DNA of 64,000 bases from an uncultured virus (IMG/VR IMGVR_UViG_3300027026_000009) (lineage: Duplodnaviria; Heunggongvirae; Uroviricota; Caudoviricetes). The notes under the pieces were generated by a model, which saw only the letters and a list, made by a program, of their open reading frames with translations, searched no databases and was not told the DNA's origin. The translations under genes were made by a program, and so were the position numbers. How positions within the stretch are numbered: the first letter of the stretch is position 1; each line of letters begins with the position of its first letter. The stretch lies in the IMG/VR virus record IMGVR_UViG_3300027026_000009; one strand, given 5' to 3'. Positions 45,943 through 55,385 of this stretch are shown piece after piece.

Positions 45943-46311
45943 TTACGTGTTTAAATGTGACCAGTCCAGAGGTCGTGGCGCATTAAATCCAGTCCAATCA
46001 ACATTGGACAGATTTTGTCCAATCTGTTTTGTCGGGTCAAACTTGAATTTATCAAGGTCTGCTTTTATTTTATCCAAGTCCGCATCGCTAAAATCTACTG
46101 GTATGCCACCAGACTGCATGATTTTAAGGTCATTATATAAACGTTCTTGCTTCAGTAAACGTGCTTGACGTTCTTCTGGCGTTTCAGTCTCTTGGTATTC
46201 CAAAAGCGTCACGTCAACTTTTGAAGGTGCGCTTTTAGTTAGCTGTCTTATAAGAAATACACCACCAACCAAAAAACCGACACCAAGGGCTAATTTAGTT
46301 CCTTGTCTCAT
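45943..46311 (-). CDS. Single-TM membrane protein
   Basis: N-terminal TM. Confidence 0.65.
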   Translation of the reverse strand: MRQGTKLALGVGFLVGGVFLIRQLTKSAPSKVDVTLLEYQETETPEERQARLLKQERLYNDLKIMQSGGIPVDFSDADLDKIKADLDKFKFDPTKQIGQNLSNVDWTGFNAPRPLDWSHLNT

Positions 46312-49300
46312 ATGTTATGTTTTTTTCGCCATTTTTCATAGTCGTCTTTGTACTTTTTGAAGGCAGATGAAACGTGACCGTCTTTTTCTTTGTCATATAC
46401 CAAAGCTGTAAACTTAGTGTGCAAGCCTAGCAAGTTGTCTTTGTTCTTAACTATGTTAGGGCTGACCTCGTACCATTTTAATCGCTTTTTGTGCTTTGGT
46501 ACTACCTTATACATCTTACCAGTATAGTTAAAGCCAATATCATCATCATTGAGTTTACCGCCTTTCTTAAATTTTCTGAAATAAGCTTCAAAATCTTTTT
46601 GGCTAACCGTTGTTTCCTTACCTAGTTTATCACCTTTATCATCTAGTTCTATAATGGTGTACCTATTAGGCTTGGATTGGTGCGATACTATTCTAAATTC
46701 ACCGCCTTTAAACATACCTTCTTCACCTACAATATATTTAAAGGTTTGTGCGCCTTTTTCTTTTTTGTCCGTTGTAGGTACGACTTTAGACGCTTTTTTA
46801 TCTTCGGCTATGTTTTCCATGATTTCCTTTAATTCCTCGTCATATAAATCGCTCATGTCTGTATAGTCTTTTGAAAATTTAAGTCTAACATTAGACGGTT
46901 TATCTAAGAAATCAATACTTATTTTGGTTGGAATACCAAATTTATCCCTTTTTACCTTTAAGTATTTTTTAGACTTATTAACTATGACGATAGGCGCAAT
47001 ACTTTCATTCCTTTCTTCGGAATAATGTTTGGCAATCTTATTAAGATTTTCTTTTTGATTTTCTTTAAAAGCGGGAAGAAAGTCATTCTCTATTAATCCA
47101 GATACATCGTATAACTTACCGCCTTTTTCCTTTTTAGCGGTTTTTGATTTTACCTTGGATATTGGTTTTCCAAGTTTTGAATACTCACGCTTGGAAGGTA
47201 ATTTCATTCCGCCACGTTCAATTACTTCATAATCATTAGAGCCGTCCACGACCATATAACCATCAACGTCATCTTTTATTCTATTCAATGAGGATTTTCC
47301 TTGTTTAAAAAATGAATCTATAACTTCCATTGGTACGAACCTTCCGCTTTCTTTATAGCGGTTTAGCGCACGTCTCTTTATTTCTTCTTTCGGAACATTG
47401 TCAATAAATACAATGAATATTTTGTAGCCTAAAGACTTTAAAAGTTTGATTAGCTTCTCGTATTTTTCAACTGAAGTCATAGTTCCATCATAGATAATAT
47501 CGGTCTTACAAGGCAACCCAATAACTCTGTCGCTTAACAATACCCTAACTATGTCTTGCGTTTCCCTATGGGTAATTGGTGCGTTCCATCCTTGATATTC
47601 TGGCAATTTAGCCCTTATGTCATCGGCATCAATTTTTAAAATTTCATCCTTTAACAGATATGGTGCTGACTTTTTTAAGAATGTCGATTTACCGCTTGCG
47701 GGAGATCCGCCCATTAAGATAGCAATTGGTTGGTCATGCTCAATACACCTTAAACCGCTTTTTACATCGTTGATGATTTTTTTATGCAATTTTTGTCGCT
47801 GTGGTGTGTATTCGCCTTTAGTGCTATTGTAATACTTATCTTTTGTTTGATTAAGTGACAAATTATAATCAGTCAGCAACTGAATACTTTTTGTATCAGT
47901 CTTAGGTTTTCCATCCTTGTCAAGTATCTTGCGTTTCATTTCATCGCTCATTGATGAATTAACTATACCACCTTCTAAATAATAATTAGCCCAATCTACC
48001 TCGCCACGTTTCATTAGACCACCATTTTTTGCCTTTTTTATAGGTTTTATACGGTCGTCAAATTTTGGTGCTAATTCCTTAACTTTTTCATCTAAAGATA
48101 AGTAAATTACATCTGCGCTTGCACGTTCAAATTTTATATTATCTGGGTCAACATCTTCCACCATAAAATACACTCGTCCATTATCTATGTTTACTTTAAC
48201 AAGTGGCATTTCGTCAAATAGCATATTGTCGGTTTCCATTCGTAAAAGAACTTCGCCTTTTTTTATTGGAATGTATTTTAACTCTTTCTTATCAAAATCA
48301 TCTAGTGGATATAGATAGTAGTCGCCTACATATTTGCCGTTCAATCTATGCGCAAAAGAGCCTACTGATTTTTGACCAAGTTTACTTTTTCGGCTTTCCC
48401 ATATTTTTAAAGGTGATTTCGGGTTTTTTGTATCTACAAAAATAACCTCACCACCTTTTGCAAATGGCTTAACGTCATCGTCTGGTGCATCTTCAAAACC
48501 TTTTATTTGGTTAAGATTTACGCCTTTTTTTCTTAGACCAAATGGTTCATTATCAAGTCCGTAATCAAAAGTATATCCTTTCTTTTCTACTTTTTCTAAC
48601 AAAGCTTTGGTGTCATTATAGTCCACCATACCTTCGTCAAACTTCTCTAAATAATCTTCAATCATTGGTCTAATAGAAGAAGGTATGTTTTCGTAGTCCT
48701 CAAATAAATCACGCTGTAATTCACCGCCTTTTTCCATGTACCGTTTACGGTTCTTAGTTTTGCGTTTAGCGTAACGCACCTCGTAATCTTCATCGACATT
48801 AAGGTACTTGCGGTCACGCATCAATGCGGATTTTATGCGACCACCTTTTTTATAGATTGCCGTTTCTTTTCTTAATTCGTCTTTAAATTGATTTATAAAA
48901 TTCCATTTTTTAAATTCTTTGGATTGATTAGAAATGGCTGTAAAGTAATTATCAAGTGGTCTAGCTAGGCTATGGTAATTTACATCCGATAGGCTTTTTG
49001 CGTATTTTTTTAAATCTTCATCCGAAGTGTTTTCGTCTATTGTTTCACCATATTTAAGCATTCCTTCGTAATCAAAATCTTTTGAATATGTGTCACCTAG
49101 CTTGTATTTTTTTAGCGCACCGCCTTTTTCAGCTTTTTGATATAGTTCTAAAGATTTTACTAATTTAGATTGATTGCCTAAATTTATAAATGCTTTTATT
49201 TCTGCAAGATTTTCACCTTTGTATTTTCCTAATTTTATAATTTGTCGAAATTGATATATAAAATCTTTCGTTTGGGTTTTTCTAAACTTTATCTCTTTGT

Positions 49301-52300
49301 GTTTATTGATTTCACCACTATTATTTATCGTTTCAACTAATATGGAGTATGTTATTTTTTTATTTTCTTTTTCGGCTTTTTTTATTAGTGCTTTTAAATT
49401 TTCGTCTAATTTAAACATTAAAGCATTTTTTAGACTACCACCTTTTTCCATGTACCGTTTACGGTTCTTAGTTCTGCCTTTAGCGTAACGCACCTCGTAA
49501 TCTTCATCGACATTAAGGTACTTGCGGTCACGCATCAATGCGGATTTTGGTCGGTTGATCTTACCGCCCTTCTCAAAGAAACGAAATTCTTGCTCTTTCA
49601 TTCCCTTGTCTGACATCACCGACAATAAGCTTTGCTTTTTCTTAGGAAGCTTCAGCATATCTATCAGTTTCTTTTTTGCATCATAAAGACTGTCGGCATT
49701 GACTACATGACGTTTACCATCTATAAATCCAAAATAACGGTCTTTAACTTTGCCAACTACACCGCCTTCTTCTTTTTTGTCAACCGTAATCATGTCTTTT
49801 AGACGCTCACTGTCAGCAAAAAGTTCATCTACCTCTTTTTGTGCGGTCTTATCACCTTTGTCAGCCTTCTCAATTAATTTTGAAACTTTTAGATTGCCTT
49901 CTGGCGACAATGTTCCGTCCTTGTAAAATTCGTGCGAGATTTCATTTAACTTTTTTACACGTTCAGTCTTAACTTGAATCTCAACTGGCATACCGTTTTT
50001 TACAACAATGTAATGGTAAGCTGTATAACCGCCTAAAGGGTTTTTGTAATAGTCATCAAAATCTATAACCTCACCAAAAGTTCCGCTTTCTACGGTTTTA
50101 CGAATTTTTTCAAGGTCGTCACGGTTTGCAACCACTAATGTAGTACCGATTAAGTCCGTAAGCCCCTTTTTAGGGTCTGTCATTCGCTTATCAATAAGCT
50201 TTTTGATAATGGAATATGGCGTTTTGGTTCTGGCATAGATTTTAGCGTCCTTTGGTGCTTTTTTATCCATGTCACCTATAACGTCATCCATTACAACATC
50301 TAGCTTTTCTTTTGTATCTAAAAGCTTTTCAAATGACTTACGTAATTCGACTTGCTCAACTTGACCTTGGTTCTTTTTGTTCAAAGGATCCTTGTCGTCA
50401 ATATTGGCTCGACCGTCCTTATCATAGTCTTGGAAAACAGCTTTATATTTATCTTTATCAAAGGTTGTACCTTCGTTAACGATAAAGATTTCACGTCCAG
50501 TTTCACCGCCATATTTATAAATCTTACGCTTACAGTAGCCACCGTCAGCCATAAGCTTTTTTCTCTTTTTTTCTTTACGTGCTTTTAACTGCTCGTCAAT
50601 TTTTTTGTAACGTTCCCTTTTTTTACCTTTTGCATACCTTTCTTCATAGTCCTCGCTTTTGTTGACGTATTTGTGTTCTCTAGTATGTGCGCTTTTGGCA
50701 CTACCAGTCAACCCGCCTTTTTCGTACTTTCTACGCTGAATGGATTTGATTATTTTTTCAAAAGTTTCGGCTTCTTCGTTACTGTTAAATCGATAAATAC
50801 GTTCAACACCGCGATCCTTTACATAAACTATTTTATTTGTACCACGAAGGTCTTTTGCTACGTATTTTAGTTCTTTTAAATAGCCACGAATGCTTTTTTC
50901 TATATCTTCTCTAGTTGAATCTGATGTTGCGGGAAAATACTTGGTTAAGGCAAGCTTTCCGTCTATGGTTATTTTTAATAGCCCCGCATAGACTTTTTTA
51001 TCTGTCTTTTCAATTGTATTTTCAATTATTCTAGCTTCAACACCTTTTGGCACTTTGCCCCTTAAAATTCTAGGGCTTGCCTTTGGGCTTATTTTCTTAA
51101 AACGACCAGAAGCAACCGCTTCATCTACAAGTTTTTGTTGTTTGTCGCTTTTGAACCAAATACCATTATAAAGCTTATTGCCTTTTATAGTACCGTCATC
51201 ATACGTTTCAACAAAGTCAATGTTATAGTTTGGAATGTAAACAGCGTGTTTTGGTAATTTTCCGCCTTTTTCAAACAGCGATAATTGCTCGTCATTATTT
51301 TCAGACTGTTTTTTGATGGGTGTTTCGGAAATGTAAAGACCAGAAAGAAATTCAAAATCATCTGTGTAATCAATTACCTTACCGTCTTTGGTAACTACGC
51401 TTAGGATTTCGGTCGGGCGTAAATACTCGGCATCTAATCTTCCCCCTTTTTCAAACGGCAAAGCGGGTTCAATCTTTAATTCCTTGAAACTTTCTTTAGC
51501 CTTAGCAAATGCTTCAGCGACCTTTTCGGCTTCTATTTTTGTCAAACCTTCATTATTGACCAATTTCCAAGGAGTATCTTCATCCCATTTTACAACGACA
51601 TCATAAAGTGGTGCTTTTATCTTACCGCCTTTTTTAAGCTTTATTAGCTTATTGTAAGGTTCGACTGTTGTGACTGTTTGACCAGAATCATTTTTATATT
51701 CTACTTTTGCGCCAAGATTGGTAAGTTCCAATACTTTTCCTTTGTATTCTAGGTGAGATTCAAAATATGGAAATTTTAATTTTACTTCATCACCTACTTT
51801 AAAGTCCTTTAGTTTTCCGCCTTTTTCTAGCTTTGGTGCGCCCTTTGGATAATTAGGTGCTAAACGGTCGGTTCGGTTCTCACGGTTTTCGTAATATGTT
51901 CTTCCGCCTTTGGAAGCACCATATTGATTTTTCCAACCTTTTCTAGAAACCCTCTTGCCACGTGGCGAAGCTTTCCGACCCGCATCACGTGTCAAAGATT
52001 TTGTTCTACCGCTTGAACCAGTGTTAAAGCCTTTTAATTTTGGAAAATCCTTAACAAGTTGGCTTAAACTGTCCGCAACCTCTTGAACATCTTCACGTTC
52101 TTCAGCTTCTTCTTCTTTTTGATCTTTTGCACGTTCTTCAGCTTCAGCTTTAGTTTCATTTTCCTTTTTTATTTTTTCGGCACGTTCCTTTATTGTGTCG
52201 TCTGGATCTGGTTCGCCTTTGGGTGCTTTGGTGTCTGGTTTTGTTGCAGACCCTTTAACCTTAATAATAAGTTCGGGTCTTTTTACTTTTAGATTAGAAA

Positions 52301-52457
52301 TTACTTTGTCAAGACTTTGCTCGGCAATCTTCATTAATTTATCATCGTCTGATTCAAAATTATTTGTTTTTTCTTTTAGTTTTTTTAAGCCATTTTTTAG
52401 CTTAGATGGCAACTTATCTATGGCAATACTTTTATACTTTTTCTGCAATGTGTTCAT
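46308..52457 (-). CDS. 2049-aa polyvalent protein with RelA/SpoT-type synthetase and zeta-toxin kinase domains
   Basis: SAS motifs (RTK..YS..KK, DLIG, DY...P.GGY.AYH, VEIQVKT); zeta motifs (GGSPASGKST, IDADDIR, YDGT, R...R..ESGRFVP); about 20 xxGG motifs. Confidence 0.85.
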   Translation of the reverse strand: MNTLQKKYKSIAIDKLPSKLKNGLKKLKEKTNNFESDDDKLMKIAEQSLDKVISNLKVKRPELIIKVKGSATKPDTKAPKGEPDPDDTIKERAEKIKKENETKAEAEERAKDQKEEEAEEREDVQEVADSLSQLVKDFPKLKGFNTGSSGRTKSLTRDAGRKASPRGKRVSRKGWKNQYGASKGGRTYYENRENRTDRLAPNYPKGAPKLEKGGKLKDFKVGDEVKLKFPYFESHLEYKGKVLELTNLGAKVEYKNDSGQTVTTVEPYNKLIKLKKGGKIKAPLYDVVVKWDEDTPWKLVNNEGLTKIEAEKVAEAFAKAKESFKELKIEPALPFEKGGRLDAEYLRPTEILSVVTKDGKVIDYTDDFEFLSGLYISETPIKKQSENNDEQLSLFEKGGKLPKHAVYIPNYNIDFVETYDDGTIKGNKLYNGIWFKSDKQQKLVDEAVASGRFKKISPKASPRILRGKVPKGVEARIIENTIEKTDKKVYAGLLKITIDGKLALTKYFPATSDSTREDIEKSIRGYLKELKYVAKDLRGTNKIVYVKDRGVERIYRFNSNEEAETFEKIIKSIQRRKYEKGGLTGSAKSAHTREHKYVNKSEDYEERYAKGKKRERYKKIDEQLKARKEKKRKKLMADGGYCKRKIYKYGGETGREIFIVNEGTTFDKDKYKAVFQDYDKDGRANIDDKDPLNKKNQGQVEQVELRKSFEKLLDTKEKLDVVMDDVIGDMDKKAPKDAKIYARTKTPYSIIKKLIDKRMTDPKKGLTDLIGTTLVVANRDDLEKIRKTVESGTFGEVIDFDDYYKNPLGGYTAYHYIVVKNGMPVEIQVKTERVKKLNEISHEFYKDGTLSPEGNLKVSKLIEKADKGDKTAQKEVDELFADSERLKDMITVDKKEEGGVVGKVKDRYFGFIDGKRHVVNADSLYDAKKKLIDMLKLPKKKQSLLSVMSDKGMKEQEFRFFEKGGKINRPKSALMRDRKYLNVDEDYEVRYAKGRTKNRKRYMEKGGSLKNALMFKLDENLKALIKKAEKENKKITYSILVETINNSGEINKHKEIKFRKTQTKDFIYQFRQIIKLGKYKGENLAEIKAFINLGNQSKLVKSLELYQKAEKGGALKKYKLGDTYSKDFDYEGMLKYGETIDENTSDEDLKKYAKSLSDVNYHSLARPLDNYFTAISNQSKEFKKWNFINQFKDELRKETAIYKKGGRIKSALMRDRKYLNVDEDYEVRYAKRKTKNRKRYMEKGGELQRDLFEDYENIPSSIRPMIEDYLEKFDEGMVDYNDTKALLEKVEKKGYTFDYGLDNEPFGLRKKGVNLNQIKGFEDAPDDDVKPFAKGGEVIFVDTKNPKSPLKIWESRKSKLGQKSVGSFAHRLNGKYVGDYYLYPLDDFDKKELKYIPIKKGEVLLRMETDNMLFDEMPLVKVNIDNGRVYFMVEDVDPDNIKFERASADVIYLSLDEKVKELAPKFDDRIKPIKKAKNGGLMKRGEVDWANYYLEGGIVNSSMSDEMKRKILDKDGKPKTDTKSIQLLTDYNLSLNQTKDKYYNSTKGEYTPQRQKLHKKIINDVKSGLRCIEHDQPIAILMGGSPASGKSTFLKKSAPYLLKDEILKIDADDIRAKLPEYQGWNAPITHRETQDIVRVLLSDRVIGLPCKTDIIYDGTMTSVEKYEKLIKLLKSLGYKIFIVFIDNVPKEEIKRRALNRYKESGRFVPMEVIDSFFKQGKSSLNRIKDDVDGYMVVDGSNDYEVIERGGMKLPSKREYSKLGKPISKVKSKTAKKEKGGKLYDVSGLIENDFLPAFKENQKENLNKIAKHYSEERNESIAPIVIVNKSKKYLKVKRDKFGIPTKISIDFLDKPSNVRLKFSKDYTDMSDLYDEELKEIMENIAEDKKASKVVPTTDKKEKGAQTFKYIVGEEGMFKGGEFRIVSHQSKPNRYTIIELDDKGDKLGKETTVSQKDFEAYFRKFKKGGKLNDDDIGFNYTGKMYKVVPKHKKRLKWYEVSPNIVKNKDNLLGLHTKFTALVYDKEKDGHVSSAFKKYKDDYEKWRKKHNI
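48727..49548. repeat. 108-bp intragenic direct repeat (2 copies, 2 mismatches)
   Basis: 48727-48834 vs 49441-49548, encoding KSALMRDRKYLNVDEDYEVRYAK..TKNRKRYMEKG. Confidence 0.95.
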
Positions 52458-52471
52458 AGCAACTTAATTTA

Positions 52472-53548
52472 TTAATCTAATTCGTCCAAGCCTTCGTCTA
52501 TCATTTCTTCAAAGTCAAGTTCATCAAGACCTTCATCTATCAGTTCTTCAAAGTTAATCATTTCTTCGACATCATCTTCTTCGGGCTTACTGAATTGTAG
52601 TTTTTTGGTAGCTTCCAAATCTATATCCTCGACTGGTACGTACTGAATGGATTTTGAATTATAGTCTTGGTTTTCCAGAACTGAATTTATAAATTCGGGT
52701 TCGGTTAAGATTTCATCCGTCTCGTGGTTTGCCCAACCTACCTCGCCAGTTTTTGTAAATACTTGGTTGTATTTTGTACCTCTATAATCAAAAGGTATTA
52801 AATCTTTTGTATTCCCTTTTTTATCAACATAGACATCTGTTACTGGTTCATCAATTGTACGCTTGGATATACCTATGGAATCATTTTCAATCCCTAATTT
52901 GACGGTTTCTACTGTAAGCTTCATTAAGGCATTTCTTAGCTTTTCATTTTTTATTTCGCCAAGTTCATCCATATTGAATAAACTTAGGGCTGAATCCGTT
53001 AGTTCTTCGACACTACCAGTTTTAAGCCTAGTTATAGCAAGAGGTGTAACAAGCTTGCGTCTTGGGTTTGGTTCGCTTACGACATCAATGATAATATTTT
53101 TATCGCTTTCATAGATAAATTCAGTAAAAGATTGTACAAACCGAGAACTTGCCGTAAAATCTGGATTGTTTTGTTTTATGTATTCATTCAGCCCATCTAC
53201 ATCGATTAGGAATGGTCGCAAAAGGTATTTATCGCCTATTAAATTTACCTTATTAATACTTGCTAATATCCAATTTTTATCGTCATAGAAAACGGTTGAA
53301 CCAGTATCAACACCATAAACTCGTAAGCGTTCTTCACTAGCATATCGTTCATTCAGTGTTTTTACGCTTGAAGGGTTTTCCAATTTGTAAACTACAATGA
53401 TGTTATTGTAAAAAATTTGGTCGCCAATACGCACCATTGCCGTTACAACTTTTTCACTATCTACATAAATTACGGTTTGACTGAAACCATAATCAACATC
53501 GTTGTCGAAAATAAAATTATCTCCTATTTTTGGCGTGTACTTTAACAT
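52472..53548 (-). CDS. Hypothetical protein with acidic repeated tail
   Basis: FEE(L/M)IDEGLDELD occurs twice. Confidence 0.7.
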   Translation of the reverse strand: MLKYTPKIGDNFIFDNDVDYGFSQTVIYVDSEKVVTAMVRIGDQIFYNNIIVVYKLENPSSVKTLNERYASEERLRVYGVDTGSTVFYDDKNWILASINKVNLIGDKYLLRPFLIDVDGLNEYIKQNNPDFTASSRFVQSFTEFIYESDKNIIIDVVSEPNPRRKLVTPLAITRLKTGSVEELTDSALSLFNMDELGEIKNEKLRNALMKLTVETVKLGIENDSIGISKRTIDEPVTDVYVDKKGNTKDLIPFDYRGTKYNQVFTKTGEVGWANHETDEILTEPEFINSVLENQDYNSKSIQYVPVEDIDLEATKKLQFSKPEEDDVEEMINFEELIDEGLDELDFEEMIDEGLDELD

Positions 53549-53874
53549 TACTTCTTTAGTATTACTTCGCTAACATCAAATTTGGTTTTGGTACAATCTT
53601 TAAGAAATCCTTCCATTTGCCTATTGGTCATTGAGTTACTAATCGCTATCCAACCCGCATCACGTGTAAACATTTCTATTTGATTATATTTACCTATTTC
53701 ATTTTCAAGAACTAGATCATACTTTACATGAATCAAAAAGCTTTCTGGCAATGCTTCATGTTCCAAAACCTCTATTTTATAAAAGTTAGCATCATTTTCG
53801 TTTTTGCTTATGTCGGCATAAAACTTAATTCGCTCGTTCGTCAATTTCTCTAAATCTTTTGGTGTCAAATTCAT
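53548..53874 (-). CDS. Hypothetical protein
   Basis: Operon ORF. Confidence 0.65.
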   Translation of the reverse strand: MNLTPKDLEKLTNERIKFYADISKNENDANFYKIEVLEHEALPESFLIHVKYDLVLENEIGKYNQIEMFTRDAGWIAISNSMTNRQMEGFLKDCTKTKFDVSEVILKK

Positions 53875-55385
53875 GCTTCATTAATTAAGGTTATCAATTC
53901 ATCCACTGCTTCTCGTGTTCTTTGTGCTATTTCTGGCGGAGTAGCAAACATTTTTAAATCGTCCGAAATAGGCGGTAGAATTTGTGTGTTTTTTTGAATC
54001 AATGCTTTTAAATCTCTTTTTATTTCCTCTTTTGTGCTGTTACCTTGCTCTAATCTTCTGTCTATTATTCTATTAACAAACCCACGTTTGTTTTTAGATA
54101 CCATCATTCCAATATAGTCTAAAATATCGTAAACTTCATTTTTTGCATTTTCCTCTACCTCTTGCCTTTGCGTATTTATGTTAAATAAGGATGCCCCGCC
54201 TATAATCATTAAGTTTGGGTCTAAGATCTTAGTGTTAGTGTCGAAAGAACCTTTTTTGTTGAAAATCCAGTTACGGTATGTGTTCCATACTGGTCTAAAA
54301 TAGCTACTATTTGGCTCAATGGCACTGCCTAAACCAGTGCGTTCATACTGCCTTTGCGTATAATTTTTCCTTTCAGCCATTCTAGCAATACTTTGTAAAT
54401 ACGCTTGTGTTCTTATAAACCTTTGCTCTGAAGTGAGTGCCGTAATTTTATTCAAATCAAAAGTCTCACCATATTCTTTTACGGCATAAGCCATTACATA
54501 TCCAGAATTGCCACGTACCCTAGTGAAATCAATTCCGTTCACTCTGGTTTTAATTCCAGAGGATTCAAGAATATCCGCTACGATTAATACTGGTAGGTTT
54601 TGAGAAATCATGTTCGCTGAACTATTATTTCCGTTAAAAGAAACTGGTATGTATAAATCTACATAATCGGAAAGACCGCCACCAAGTTTGTCTCGGTACA
54701 TATACACCTTTTTTATACTTGTAGCAAATTCCAATTTTATTTTTTCACGTTTATCATTATATGTGTCACAACTGGTCACAATTTTATCGCCTTTTATTGG
54801 AACGAACATTTTAGCGGTTTCACTATACTTTATTGGTACTTGACAACTCTTGCTAACCTCAAAGCTACCTTTCTGCTGTTTTCTTACTTCTCTTTCGCCT
54901 TGTGGTGTATTATAGTAGAAAATCTTTCTACCGTTTTCCAGTTTGGTTCTAACAAGCTTATCATTAACAACTATTTTCCGTTCTTCATCAAAATACTCCG
55001 TTAATCTGTAAAGACCTTTACTTGCTAACCCAAAGCTAAAAACACCTCTCGGAATACTACTGAATTTTAATCTGCTTTGTTCAAAATCACCACCTAAATC
55101 AATATCTGCTTCAACTTGTCTTTTTATACCTAAAGCATCATCTAAAAGTTGTTGGTCTTGAAACCTAGATAAGTTTTCATAACTAGACCACTCATTAAAT
55201 TCATTTATATTGTCACTAGCACCGTCATACCCACCGAACCGATCACGCATAGCTAAATCTAAATATTGCTGTTCAGTGTAAAACTTATTTGTATTAGGCA
55301 AGTCTTTATTGTCCTCATACAATTCCCTAGCCGAATCAAATAAGCTGAAGTCAAAATTTCTTGCAATTTCTTCAAGTATAGTCAT
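53871..55385 (-). CDS. Putative VWA-like partner of the MoxR ATPase
   Basis: Downstream of the AAA gene; VDLYIPVS...LIVADILESSGIKTRV; fold inferred. Confidence 0.45.
   Translation of the reverse strand: MTILEEIARNFDFSLFDSARELYEDNKDLPNTNKFYTEQQYLDLAMRDRFGGYDGASDNINEFNEWSSYENLSRFQDQQLLDDALGIKRQVEADIDLGGDFEQSRLKFSSIPRGVFSFGLASKGLYRLTEYFDEERKIVVNDKLVRTKLENGRKIFYYNTPQGEREVRKQQKGSFEVSKSCQVPIKYSETAKMFVPIKGDKIVTSCDTYNDKREKIKLEFATSIKKVYMYRDKLGGGLSDYVDLYIPVSFNGNNSSANMISQNLPVLIVADILESSGIKTRVNGIDFTRVRGNSGYVMAYAVKEYGETFDLNKITALTSEQRFIRTQAYLQSIARMAERKNYTQRQYERTGLGSAIEPNSSYFRPVWNTYRNWIFNKKGSFDTNTKILDPNLMIIGGASLFNINTQRQEVEENAKNEVYDILDYIGMMVSKNKRGFVNRIIDRRLEQGNSTKEEIKRDLKALIQKNTQILPPISDDLKMFATPPEIAQRTREAVDELITLINEA

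Noticed and set aside
48727..49548. Diversity-generating retroelement TR/VR pair
   Set aside because: Only 2 mismatches, both copies are coding, and no reverse transcriptase is in the window
46308..52457. Classical toxin-antitoxin loci (zeta/epsilon, toxSAS/antitoxin)
   Set aside because: The domains are embedded in one giant ORF, and no adjacent antitoxin gene is recognisable
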